This document shows, in pieces, positions 25,138 through 38,700 of a DNA stretch of 64,000 bases. Both the position numbers and the translations under genes were made by a program. The DNA is from Lingula anatina (lineage: Eukaryota > Animalia > Brachiopoda): assembly GCA_051362555.1 (NCBI GenBank), contig CM120640.1, forward strand, positions 46,044,788 through 46,108,787, in the 5' to 3' direction. The notes beneath the pieces were generated by a model. It worked only from the letters and a program-made list of their open reading frames with translations. It did no database searches and was not told where the DNA came from. How positions within the stretch are numbered: position 1 is the first letter of the stretch; every line of letters starts with the position of its first letter.

Positions 25138-27600
25138 CACCAATTAACTGCACCAGAAAGGTATTAAATTATAGATGTCATATGATATTCACCAAAGTAT
25201 TTGACCCTCATCAGCTAAGTGTTCTCTCTCATACCATAAGGAATTTTAATAGACCCAGCATTATTGAAGTAAAAAAAGGAGTTCCACTTACCACAGCACC
25301 CAGAAAACCTCTAGCTATTGTGTATATAAAGCCCACACTCCACTGACTTGCTTTCCTACTGTCTAACACACTGTTGTGAAAAAATACCTGCAACAGGAGA
25401 CGTTAAAAGACAATACTGACTAGAATAATTTCACCTCATCTGATGTTATAAGGTCGAGCTGCAGCATCCAGTTTCTCTTTGGGATAACAACCTGTCTGCC
25501 ATATTAATTTACCCACCTGAAGAGCAATTCTCATTCTGGCTTAATTCCGCCTGTGACTCCTGCTGACACCTATAGAGTTCTACACATCACAGAGTTGCAG
25601 CAGCACACACTTTATCATCTGTGACAAATGGACTCGCTCTCTCAGCCTCAGAGGATGCTGATGTGATGGATTGTCAGATGGAATTATACACTAGGGCTTT
25701 TCATCACTCTTTTTAAACTTAAAATGACTGTAATTCCACTGGATATTTCACTGCTGAATGGATGTGTTCACACTTTAGGCTTTCACACTTGTGACAATAT
25801 CTGATAAATGCTTCATAAAAATCATCATCAAGTAATAAAGGACTTGTCAAGTAATTGTAGGTCTTTGAAGTGCTTCTGGCTAACAGCTCATAGCTTCCCA
25901 AAACACAAGTGTACACATAGCACCTGCTGACCTTTAATGCTGTCGAGCCTCCTTGAAATTCTCAGAGACCTGTTCATCGCAAGTGTTTAAAACGGTTCTT
26001 TTTCAAGCTTTATCATTCCTTAACCAAAACCATCAGTTTTGCAAGACTTTTATTTTTCACCTTTTTCTCCTTTCCTTTTTCCAAGCTTAAGTTCCTACCT
26101 ATTATAAACTGTACTTAATATACCACTTGCAATATTGAGTATGCTGACTAGCATGTTGTCAGCTATGAGGAATCCCAAAAAAGCACTGTACTTTAGGATT
26201 TCCATATGCAACCTTTACTCAATAATCAATTATAATTATGATATCTTTGTTGATACAACCATTATCTTTAAAGATCATAATCCAACTACCATTATTGGAC
26301 ATAAAACAAAAAGGTTTTGTCCAAATGCAATATGACCAAAGGATCACAAATTATTTTGGAAGATTGCAGCACTGCTGATTTCTGCAAATTAAAGCAAAAA
26401 GTCATCTTAACCACAGAGACTACTTAGACTAATGCAATTTTCAAATTGATAGAAAATAGATGCTTGACATGCACTGAACTGAATGAATGTGGTATTATAA
26501 ATGACAGATTTTTATGTATATAAAGGTTGATAGATATAAATATAGAAAGATAGATAGATAGATAGATATATGCTTGAGAGCACTGTGAAACCCCTACTTG
26601 CATGCAAACATATTTTTCAAACTTTCACTGAGTACGGATGTAAATAATATTAAACATCAGAGAAGCCAGGCTTACCCTTACATTAACATTGTTTTTCCAT
26701 AATTATAGAAATACATTTCAGTAAATGTAAGAATAAAACATGAATTTTGCATTTATTATTTGCTGTAAAATGAATCATTTTGTTAATTCAAAGGCAAGAA
26801 AGCTTGCATAACACAAGATTAATTTAGTGTCTGGTATTTCAATAGCCTTTTTAACCTCCATAACAAACCTTAGTTTACACAACTGAGTAGCAAAAAACGC
26901 ATTGCTTATTTGCTCTTACCACATAAACCTAGATGCGTTCATGTTTTGTCTGGTGATAAACATGGTGAAACAAAATAACATAATCAGTGTTGAACATCTT
27001 TCTCATTTATCAGTATTCACTGAGGATCAACTGAATGTCTTACTCAGTATGTCAAACCACATCTACTTATCTTGAACCTTTTTATAGTTTAACTGTAAAA
27101 ACACATGAAAAAAACATAAAAGCACACAGATGGGTGATTTTTAAAATAAAGTAAGTTTACACATAAACAAACAACGCTGAATATGCTTTACCTGAAATTC
27201 ACTTAAAATTATTAAATGTCAGGTACATCTGCATAATATTTTCCTTTTAAAACAGTATGGCAATAAAATCATAAAAAATGACCATGTGGTCTTACATAAA
27301 AAAATACTTGTACCTAAAATCCTAATTTAGATACTGGTGGAAATTAATATTTCCTCCAGTGCTGTGATGACCATTTAGATAAAATATTCCATGATGCCTA
27401 TGAACACGCAGTCTTAATCACCCTTAAGTCCAACAGCTTTTTACAACATTGTTTTTACCTTGTTAAAAAAAGTAAAACTGCATTTAATCTAAACTTTATG
27501 ACACTCATCAACAAACATGACCACTAAGTTAAGTTTGTTTATTATAATAATGCTCATTACTTGCAACTTGAGAATGCCTGCTAGCCTCATCCTTCTCTTA

Positions 27601-27826
27601 GGGTGCTTTCCCAGAGATTTAGACCGATCTAGAGATTAAGATTTAGATCGACCTAACTCCCTGGGGGTTCACGCTAAATTGCAGTCAGCCAAGCGGGCAC
27701 CATAGTTAATTACCCCCTTACAGCTTTTAGTAGGCGGGACAGACGCTTAAGCCAGCCAAGCTGACAGTAATCTAGTGAGACTCCCCACATGGATAGATCG
27801 ATCTAAAAATCTATGGAAATGGGGTG
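27601..27826. mobile_element. 226-bp MITE, full copy, TTA TSD (Harbinger-like)
   Basis: tta|gggtgctttcccagagattt ... aaatctatggaaatggggtg|tta. It has subterminal inverted tagatcgatcta-type motifs and is the reverse complement of 28530-28755. Confidence 0.92.
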
Positions 27827-28529
27827 TTAGTGGACAGATCTCTTTTTTTATTTTAAGTTGGCATGCACATGTACTGGTACATATTCATTAATGTCACTGG
27901 TAGATACAAGATACAAGTCATGAACGACTTGCTTATAAATCACTTTTAATTAATCGCTTCTGGACCTTTTCAGTGGGCATAAAATAATCAATTAAAGGTA
28001 TTTGTTATACCAAAATGAAAATTTGGTTTCTCTTTTTAATGTGAACTATGATTTTACCTGCATGAGGCTATGTTGTCGACTTTCAATATTCAGTTCGAGT
28101 CTTATTTCATGTCAAATTCATGCTAGTGTCCTTAGGAGTTTGGTAATTTGACACTTCTGTCTGGCAAAACCAGGCACAAAAGCTACAATACCTGTTGGAA
28201 CATGAACGACAAAGCTGACAGTGTGTGTCGTGAAAAAAAGTATCATCTCTAATAATCCTGTTCCCAAACAATGCTAATCTTTCCTCCACTCGAGGTCTCT
28301 TGAATAATAACACAAGATCAACTGATCAAATTGCATCTTAAATCAAACATTTCCCATGAAAAAGCAAATTCTGCTAAGTCATACATCTAACCTTTTCTGA
28401 AAGTGCTACAAACTGTAGCTGCTCTCTGTACAAATGTTTGAAATAAGGTTTGCAAGTAAGACCTCTTTTGTCTCCAGGCTGAGGTGAAATGCGTGACAAG
28501 CTGTGTGCCTCCCCCACATCTTTGGCTTA

Positions 28530-28755
28530 CACCCCATTTCCATAGATTTTTAGATCGATCTATCCCTGTGGTGAGTCTCACTAGATTACTGTCAGCTTGG
28601 CCGGCTTAAGCGTCTGTTCTGCCTACTAAAAGCTGTAAGGTGGTAATTAACTATGGTGTCCGCTCGGCTGACTGCAATTTAGCCTGAACCCCCAGGGAGT
28701 TAGGTCGATCTAAAACTTAATCCTTAGATCGATCTAAATCTCTGGGAAAGCACCC
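28530..28755. mobile_element. 226-bp MITE, full copy in the opposite orientation, TTA TSD
   Basis: tta|caccccatttcc ... gggaaagcaccc|tta. Highly similar to the reverse complement of 27601-27826. Confidence 0.92.
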
Positions 28756-29604
28756 TTAGTTTTGATAAGAGCTTTGGCTTCTGCAGTATACAAATAATAA
28801 TACATTAGGTTGCCACTGTCCCCCACTTGAGTATAGTGTTGTGCCAAAATGCTTTATACATTTAGTTTGTTGTTTTAATAAGTAAACAGGATTATCTAGA
28901 TGGGTCTTTTAACCAAGTGTTGGCCTCTATCCTCGACAGAGCTCAAATTTGTGTATTTTAGCGTATTTGTTTTTTACCCGCAAGCAGACGAATCAATTGA
29001 GCTTCATTCAAAATGTAAGTATTACAATGCATTTTGTTCAATTTCTCCTTATCTTCCGTAGCAGAAAATAAAAATGGTCTTATAAACATATATCTTGAAC
29101 ATGCAGTTTTGAGTTTGGAAGTCCTAGTGTGATGTCTGATAAGTACTGAAGCTATTAAATTTGTTGCAGCAAAAAGGGAATTTGTCAACTGTACATTTTA
29201 AAGCAAAAAAGTCCTGCATATGGTCCCTTTTTGATATACCATCATGTTTTGTTGAAGAAAATGGGCTATGGATAACTTCAAGCTTGCCCCTTCAACAAGG
29301 TTATAAGCCAAGATAAACACTAGAAATTGGTGCCTAGGGTAGGCAACTACATGTACATGTATGCCAAATTCTTCCTCAACTCAAATATTTTTATTATCAT
29401 AGCATGACCTGGAAATACCAACCTGATTTATAATACTACTGGGTGTATGGTTTGAAAGAATGGCTAATTAATATTTTATATTGGAGATGTCCTTGAATGT
29501 CTAATTTTTATTATTTTATTTTATCAGTTATAATGTCCAGGTGTTCAGAAAAGTTACAGTAGGTAAACAAGGGAACAGCAAACTGAGGGTGTACATGAAC
29601 TTAC

Positions 29605-29715
29605 CCATTATTCTCATGCAAAAAAGGTGAAACAAAACCATCCTAGGGAGTATCATCACAACATTTGGCCTTGTTGCTTCTGTAGCTGATGATCGAACTA
29701 GCTGGTCTTGTTCTG
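29605..29715 (-). other. Candidate non-coding 5'-UTR exon of the left-hand minus-strand gene
   Basis: A pyrimidine-rich tract and cagcag acceptor near 29715, and a strong donor GG|gtaagt at 29605. Splice-signal evidence only. Confidence 0.3.
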
Positions 29716-30479
29716 CTGATGAAGTCAGAATTCAGAAAATATGGTAAAAGTGAAAATATGAGTGAAAAGTAAAACAGATATATATATAATTTAACTTTAC
29801 CCTTGGACCCATTATACACCGTTTATTTTGAATAATGGCTCCAAGGTTTACTATTACTGCCAATACATTACTATGTACATTTGCTACTTAATACATAATA
29901 TACTACATGACACATGTAGCAATTCTTTCATTTGTAAAAGCTTTCAATACCCCCATAAATCTAAATGCTAAGAATTGACATGATTGCAAACTGCAAGAAA
30001 GGACTTTGATATTTTGCTAGGTGGCAATTCACGTTTGTATTAATTTTATTTGTTTTTAAACTAAATTCCAGCTAATAAAGAGAATTAGCCTGACCTTGGA
30101 GAAATTTCAGAGATGGACAGCTTTACTGATACAAGGTACCATAATCTAAGTTTTCTGCCTCCATTTTCTGTATAAAAAATAATCCACTTTAGTCCAGGAA
30201 TTGATGATTGAATGTTCACTGAAGCTGGATGGCCTCACACTCATGGTCCTTTCTAGGTACGCCAGGCCCCTGGTGAGACTATAACAATATGGTAGCTTGA
30301 CTTCTAGAAAATGGTGCACCTGCCGCATTCTTGCTTTTCCTGTGTACATATACATTCAAGTAGGTGAGTGAATCCTACGCATTTCCAGTAGAGTTTGGGA
30401 TGCTATAGTGGAAGAAGTTGAAAATTGTCATGTGAGAAAGTGTTTAGGTTTTTCCTTTCAGTCCAAATCGAGTCTTTCC

Positions 30480-30830
30480 TTTACCTTTTCACAGCAAGCA
30501 ACTCCGCTCTGTCTCGTTTACCTGCGTGGCGTACGGATAGGAGGGGTTTCCGAAATCAGCACCGATAATTTTCAAGAAACAGTTTTCAAGTCTCGTCAAA
30601 ATATGCCAAAATCTTGGTTCACTATAGGCTCGGGTAGTTGCATGACTAAGAAAGCGTATTATGCAGAATATTCTTGTTAAATATCCATTATTTTTTGTTT
30701 TGACGACTACCAAACGCACGTGCTCGAGCAACTCTTCGAAATAGGTGTAAGCAGGTGACACTCGGTGTCACGTGCACCAAGACATGACAGCTTACGGCTT
30801 ATTTTGGTCGTGAATGATCGCCTTAGACAA
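30480..30830 (-). promoter_or_regulatory. CpG-rich island, probable promoter/first exon of the left-hand minus-strand gene
   Basis: Local CpG enrichment with no visible TE termini, between two CpG-depleted domains. E-boxes CACGTG near 30717 and 30769. Minus-strand donor CAG|gtaaac near 30521. It lies just downstream of the Patched-like gene's poly(A) signal. Confidence 0.5.
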
Positions 30831-31310
30831 TGAAATTATAAAGACATGAACAAAGTTTGTTCCTGAATTTTAGTGCAAACGTGTAGTTTAACGTCTATAT
30901 GTGGTCAAAGAAACGGTAAGATATAAAATGTTAGCTCATCTTTGATTTCCTTGTTGATGGGACATCTATTGGTAGAAAAATGTAAACAAAATCAGCTGTA
31001 TTATTGAACAAAATTCATAACTGTACTAAAGGGATTTCTATTACCGTAGGTGATTGACTTAATTAAACTAACTAACTAATTTTGAAATAACAAGCCACTC
31101 ACAATTTTTTACCTTAAAAGAAGGGTACTTGAAGAGAAATTAAGCTGTTCCCTTCATCTGACAGGGGATCATTTGACTCAACAATTTTTTTAGAATAACT
31201 TGGGAACTCCCCAGTATGCTTACTTTAATATTTGGTTAAGTGTTATTATGAACACCCCATGATAAAACGCTTGAATACAATACAAAGCACCATCATGTTA
31301 AAGAATCATG

Positions 31311-31316
31311 TTTATT
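31311..31316 (-). terminator. Candidate polyadenylation signal of the Patched-domain gene
   Basis: AATAAA on the minus strand about 1.17 kb after the stop codon. Confidence 0.4.
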
Positions 31317-32478
31317 TTCAAACATATCTTGTGTCAGTAGTGAACTGTTTTCTGTAATTTACAATCAACATGTTCGTATTGGAGGATTATCCCAATGGTA
31401 GTATTATCATCCGAACCCTGTAGTTTCACATGAACCCAGTGGTGTTTGTAAAATGTTAAATGTGCCAACAAAATTCAGTGTCTGTTTTTAATTTTTTACC
31501 TGGCTGCAGTCACAGATATGACATTACACATACATGTATATAACTACTGTTAAGTTCAGCTGGCAATCTTGGGTACCATATAGGTACCAGTATAAATAAA
31601 ATGGCAAGATGTATATAAAGGTACCAACAATTCAATAAAATAAAATGATGATCGAAATTTAATTGCATCTGATTCTAAACTAAGATGAGTGACACTATGA
31701 TCTGTTGATCAATGACAATGAAACCATGTTCTTTAGGCAAGTCTTATGGCAAATTTAGGAGCACAAAAACCTGTTTCATAGTATACAAATATTTAAAATT
31801 GTTACTTTGTATTGTAACATTATCAAGTGTCTTGAAAAAACATTACTATTAATATTATGACCACACTAAATACAACTGTAAACTACTGGGTAGAAAGTGC
31901 ACATAATATTAAGTCATGTCTGATAAACCCTGTATAGTTTAAACATCTATAATGATATTCTTTGAGAGAGATCAGCTGTATGTATTGCTTTGTATGGTGT
32001 AGGTAAATAACTAGTACTAAAACATTCATGGCAAGATGCAAAATGGAGTATGATACAATAAAATTACACTTGTGATGGAATGCATAAGTTTGTGGAATGT
32101 ATAGGCAAGCTTTAGCCCAGGTGCAGGAAAATACTTCCAAATATCACAGGATATTGTAAACATAATAATCTAAAAGTTCTCACAAGGCACTTCACAAATG
32201 GCTAAAGCAGTACAACAATAATGAATGAGCTTTATGTCACACTCATAAATGAGAAAATAGTGCACATGTATTCTCACAAAAATAAAGTCCAAGTAAACTG
32301 AAAATTAACTTAAAACAGCAGCTGGTTTAATTGTACCTTGGAGATTCATGCAAATTCATATGTCAAAGCTGCATTTTTCATTCACGTAACAGTTGGAGTC
32401 CTTCATATATCCACTGTCCCTCTTCATTCTCTCCTCTCCTCAGTTTCACACCACAGTCAATGTAAAATTGCTACATCA

Positions 32479-32775
32479 TCACACATGGACATTGGGCAGT
32501 GCATTCTGCTGCCTACTATCTGCTCTGTGACCTGAAGCTTTTCGAGACACATAACCATTGTTTATATTGTTGTCGTTGTATCGTGATGATGGTCTGGACA
32601 TGTGTCCTGAGGATGGCGTCTTGCGATCTGAGGCTGGGTAACTGGGTGGTCCGCCAGCAGAAGGAGGATTGGAATAGCGACCCTGTAGTTGAGGGGAGGA
32701 TGGCGGTGTGTAATCAGGAGGTGGGATATAGGGCCTGGAGCCTTCATAATCTGGAGGGGGTTCAATCCTTTGGTG
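32479..32775 (-). CDS. Patched-domain gene exon 19 (last; cytoplasmic tail)
   Basis: tttcag|HQRIEPPPDY...ALPNVHV*; phase 0 matches exon 18. Confidence 0.8.
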   Translation of the reverse strand, partial: HQRIEPPPDYEGSRPYIPPPDYTPPSSPQLQGRYSNPPSAGGPPSYPASDRKTPSSGHMSRPSSRYNDNNINNGYVSRKASGHRADSRQQNALPNVHV

Positions 32776-35700
32776 CTGAAAAGAAAAACGTGACATGCTG
32801 GCCAGATTTGAACATGCACATGCAACATATACAGTACATGCAAGTCTCAATCACTAGCAGAGGAAACAAAAACATGCATTTTCTACAGAGTTTTTGAATT
32901 GAGATCTTTGTGAGGAATTTGTTGATATATGTGCACATATTCAGAAATCAATACTTAAGAATAAAAATAATACTTCAAAGACAAATGGACTTATGAGTTT
33001 TTATGTATTGTGACAGTTGTCCACTTTGATTCTAGAATACAATTTAATAGGATAATGATGAATCTTTGAAATTCAATTTAAGCTGCAAACTCTCTGAGTC
33101 AGTATTTCAACATAAAACTTTTAAATAATAATAACCACATAAAAGCACTAGAAATTTGACTAATAATTAAGAGAACAACAGAGACAATCTATAACCATAC
33201 TTTACAAGTTTTCAAACAACCTAAAAACATTTTAATTAATATATATTCAGTCCACAATACTTCCTCATCAAAACTGATATTTCCTGTCACAGCAAATTCA
33301 GAATGATGCTGTAGCCTTCATCCAATTTTATTTTTTGTGGGAGCGTACCTTATCATACATGACATGATTTTCATATCCTTGAACAGTTGCAATTCCCCCA
33401 TTTTCCATCCTCAGTTTGTCCTCAGCTTCCTCTTCCTCAGCCTCCTTTATTGCGGAGAGGTAGGGTGCTGGCCCTAGCCAGCTGAGTATCACAGGGAGGT
33501 AGATCAACCCATGAAACAGCCCATATACTACCACACCAAAAAACACCTGAAAGTTTTCATCAAATAATAAATTACTTAACTTACTGTTATGCTTTTCAGA
33601 GTGTGTTTACCTTTGATGGATTATCTAAATTAAGTTGGCAAATCATCTCTCAGTTATTAATTTTTGAATGGAAAAGAAGCAATGAATTTTAATCACATTT
33701 TTAAGCTGAAATCATGAAAAACACTGGAGACAGCTATTAGATTACAGATTTCACAATAATATTTTTCTATGAATACAAATTACAGCATAACCGTACCTTA
33801 AAGAACACTTGGAATACATAAGACCCAGAGAAAGCTAGCAATACAAAGGCAAGGAATGTACTGAAGCCTCCATTGAAGACAGCTGGCCCCATATCACCAA
33901 TTGTGGTCTTGGCACGCTCTGAAATATGAGGGAAAAACAATGTTAATGTCCTGGAAAATATATAAACTCATTTTTGTAACAGCATTATATTTAGTCAGAA
34001 ATATCTATCATCATCATCATTATCATAATAATTATAATAATATAATATAATTATAATAATTATAATAATAATTATAATAATAATTTAATATTGTAGTATT
34101 TATATAGGTATAACATGAAAATTAATGTTATCATAAAGAAAATGAAGATATCATTTCATTTCTTTTTCAATAATAATATCATCTGTCTTATCTACCATTT
34201 CTTGTTCCCAGTTCTGTCATAAACATGTGTCCAATATGTGCTGCATAGTCCACTGCCAGACCAATGGCCAGTATGGTGTTCACTGTGGTCACACTGTCTA
34301 TGGTCAGACCCCAGAAGTACATCAGACCTCCAACATCAACCTTGAAGAAATATCTTAACCTTATTAGATGTATCATAAAATACAATGATACTGGCATGAT
34401 CAGCCTTATTAATGAAATAATCATACCTGTATATTCATATCTATATTTTAAATGTTATATTCTAACACCTTCATATTATTTGCATTAAAAATCTCTCAAG
34501 CCCATAAGCCATAAGGAGCTACCTAAAAAAGCACATATTGCTCACAAAATATGAATTGCAGTTTGTTACCATTTCAACTTTACTCCACATTGTTAACACA
34601 GTATTCAATGTACTTACTTAATGTTTTAACCTAATTTCTTTCTTTTTCCACACTCAAACTTATTCATAATTCTTTTGTTAACTTGTATTAATTACAAATT
34701 AAAACTCACCAGTGTCATGACCACACAGGTCAGCACCAGGATGCATGTCCAGATGTTGGCTATTAGGATCAGAGTGACCAAAAACACACAAGCAAAAGCA
34801 AGACCAATGTTCCTGTACAGCTCTATCTGGATAACCTGAGGGTAGGTGAAAAAAAAGAGCTTTTTTCAGTATTAAAATACTGTTATCTACACTCAAAGAA
34901 CAAAAGGTAACATTTTCTTCAAGATTGCCCAGCTTGCAGTGATCTATCTGATGCTGTAAATAGTACTCCTCTATTTTCTTCCAAGGCTTCAAGAATACCA
35001 TCTCTTGCGTCTTTTAATATCTGCATAACTATGATCAAGACTATGCACTGTGCATATTACAACAGTCTGTGTGAACCAATGCAACTGGTATACCAAAATT
35101 ATACAACATGCTTACGGAAATTTTTTCACTGAATGATTTATTCAACAGATAAGATGTTAACAAAATATCAGACAACTCAAAGATTTCTATTTATAACAAT
35201 AACATACTTCAGAAGTTTCTCATACCTTGTTACTTTCCCAGTTGAGATAACTTCGACTGTAGGCAAAGCATTTATCAGAGGGCAGTCCAAGCCCGTCTGC
35301 TATACTCCGCAAGTTGTCCATGGCCTTCACTTCTGTCTGGGCATCAGGAAAGTCTTTGTGCTTCATGAAAATTTGGGACGCCTACAAAAAATATTTTTAA
35401 TGTGTTATCTATTATAGATCAAATTTCAGTTTAGTCTTTGGATCCGTTGGTCTTATCAAATCTAAATCTGGTATTTGGCAAATGCTTTTTGTGATTTCCT
35501 TGGTTGGGCATAAAACTACAAGAACTGAGGAATCCTGAAAGTTAACAGTCAGTTGTTAAACTGTTTATTTCATAGTTTTTTTTTTTTTAACAAAAGATAT
35601 TCACTTAAAATTTATTTAAGCAATACTACAGATTTCTTAGTTTGTGACATTTTCACCTGGAACCCATACTGCAACAAGAGACCTATGAATCACACAAAAA

Positions 35701-38700
35701 TCCATAACTTACCTTCAACTTGTAGGGCTCAGTATCTGTCATGTTCACATAGCTTATATACCTTCGTCCAGATGGCACCCACAAAATAAAGGCTCTCAGC
35801 AGTCTGTAGAAGTTTGTCTCATTACTAGGCCATTTGTCTGAATAATATAAGAAATCTTCACTAAGTTAAAAGCATCTAAGAAAAAGGAGAATTTTACACA
35901 GCATTTGTCAATAAAATACAAAATATATGATATTATATAACAGCCAGAGAGCCCCTTTCCTCCATAAAAATACCACATAGTACAACATCCCCCAAAACAA
36001 TAAATATCACAAAAAGTTCTAATCCTGTAGCTTTGAAACAACCAAAACTGTACATGAAACATATTTTAAAGATATATTTAAATCACTAACAGTATTATCT
36101 GGACCGTCAAGTGACTGAACTTAACACACTTTATCACTTACTTGCATTAAGATAAACGAGGGTTCTATTGTCAGTGCTTTCATTGACAAAAACCTTGAAG
36201 TCTTCAAAGAAACTGTTGACCGTGCCCTCATAAGTGTATTCACTATTGGACATCTTGGTGTAGGCTTCCTCCAGGTAGGAGAAATTGCGATAGTAGTCAA
36301 TCTCACCTGAAATATGTGCGCTCAATTATTCATTCTCAAGATTGGAATTGTCTAGAACAAAATTACACTTTGAGTAATTTTGAAGTACATTCTCTGTAAA
36401 GCTTGGGCCTTTCCCTCTACATTATTCTCCATTAATTAATAAAATCTGTTTTGTATAGTGCCACACAAGAAGTGTGTCATCTCAGATGAGCAAACACATT
36501 AGCCTAAGGAGAAAACCAATGAATCAATTACGCCAATTTTTCCAACAGACACCGGTGTCTTACAACATAGATACCACACAGCCACTAACCAACTCACTTC
36601 TGCTCAGGATAACTGAGACTCACCAAAGTATATGGATGCCGATGCCCCATCAGATGGGAAGAACTTCTCCATATTCTTGGTATATTTTGAGGCATAGGAG
36701 TCACTGGGGATGAACCAGTTGAAGTCGAAGTCCTGCTTCAGGTTGATGAGGCCATAAACATTCACACCCAATAGTCCCAGTGTGGCCACTAAAACTATGA
36801 TCTGGAGGAAAGGAAAGAATAACTTAAATATAACTGAAATACCTGACATGTAAGCAGTTTTCAACATTAATTTGTGTAAATTCAACGTTTATACTTAAGC
36901 ATTATTGAAGCTATCTAAATACAAAGGTCTGAAGTAAACAAACATTTTCCAATTTAGAGAAATCTATCGATTTGACAAACATCATTTAAATCAACCATAA
37001 GAGCTTTAGATGTTTTAAATACTTATTAACACACAAAAAAATAATCCCTACCTTCACTGGCAATTTAAGCAAAAATGATGCATAGTACTTTTTGAAGAAG
37101 GCAGCCATCAGTCCTTTCTGGCTGCATTGATTGGGCTTATAGTTGCGGTGTGGGTAGCAACAGCAACATGCATTACGCACAGCTTCCACACGTCGTTCAT
37201 TGATGGTGTGGCAAGCTACAAAGAATGTGGCTTGAAAGATGTACAGCCCAAGTATCCCCAGGGCAGCAAAGATGCAGAATGAGCGCAAGGCTGGCAAGAT
37301 CTAGAAATGATGCAAAAATATTAATTACCCGTTTTTGAAGAAATTAAATTTAATACAACCTGGATCCGATTCCTGTAAATAAGTTACCATGAAACATTTT
37401 ATAATACAAGCAGGAATCTACATTATGTGCAAATTTATGGAAGAATCTTCTGTATATTTTCAATGCTATATCTTTCTTTCATTTTTTTCTTCCTTTTTAT
37501 TGACAAATGTTGAATCACATTCACAATATGAATACTGAAATAAAATAAGGAGAGCAAGGAATTTGTGTTAACAAACAAATTACTGGAATGTAAATCAGTA
37601 CATGCCACATAACCGAGACAGATTAAATCAACAGAACACTCACAGTGGTTGCACCAATGGCAAAGGCCACAAAATCTGTGATGGAGGTTACAGTGATGGC
37701 CACCCCAGCATGTTTTAACATCAGCCCCACTCTGTCAGGCAGGGGCTTCTCCTTCTCATGGGGATGGAGATTGTTCCATGACTGAATGATCACGAAGGCA
37801 TCGTCAACTCCAATACCTGTCAATTAACACAAGTGCATGATGTTTTAAAAAGAATTTAAAAATGTGTACTTACTACTTCACTTGTAAATCTGTTGTCATA
37901 TAACCAAAACTCAAATGTATACTTCCCACAGAAAGGCACTTGTATCATAATACAATAGTATATTTTAAAACACAGAGTAACAGTCTCAAAGGCTTACCAA
38001 GTAGCAAAAAAGGTAAAACACTGTGCACTGGTCCATATGCTACTCCAAAAGCAGAAGACAGCCCAAATGACATGATGATTGACATTCCTACTGCTAAGAC
38101 ACATCCAAGTGCGAGCCATATCTGGATAAAAGAGAAACTGCATTAGTACCTCTGAAATAACTAAACAGCTTAGGTAACAATATGGAATATACATTATATT
38201 AGCAATTTACATTATAAAATACAATAAATGCCAATATACCGGTACATACAATTCTAAATTATCTGTACCATTAAATTAACATCTTTGATAACCAATGCTT
38301 TTATTAATAAAGAAAACATTAAATAATCACATCTGTACCATTTATTCTACTTCCACAGTAAAATCTTTGCAATTAGGAACACTCATTTCAAAGTTTGCTG
38401 GTAAATCAACATCATTATACTCAATTAAAAATACATGTACAGTACTTATCCCTTTGTATATTTATACAATTCTGCTGAATGATTATGACAATCTATTTTG
38501 CCAGAAAAAAAATTTATTCAAACTGAAAAAAAATTTTTTCAAACTGAAAACATGGTCCTTACTCTGTGTTCCACACAGTTGAATGTTCCTAAGACTATAG
38601 CTACAAATATGATGATGAGAAAATATCCAACTGACAGTAACGTCAGGTCTCCAAAGATGGCGCCACCTCCCTCATCTGAACGACTGCAAGTATAAAAACA

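Noticed and set aside
32499-32897. 132-aa plus-strand ORF, and similar ORFs at 48822, 51261 and 57315-58045
   Set aside because: Antisense or alternative-frame shadows of real exons with no independent coding signal.
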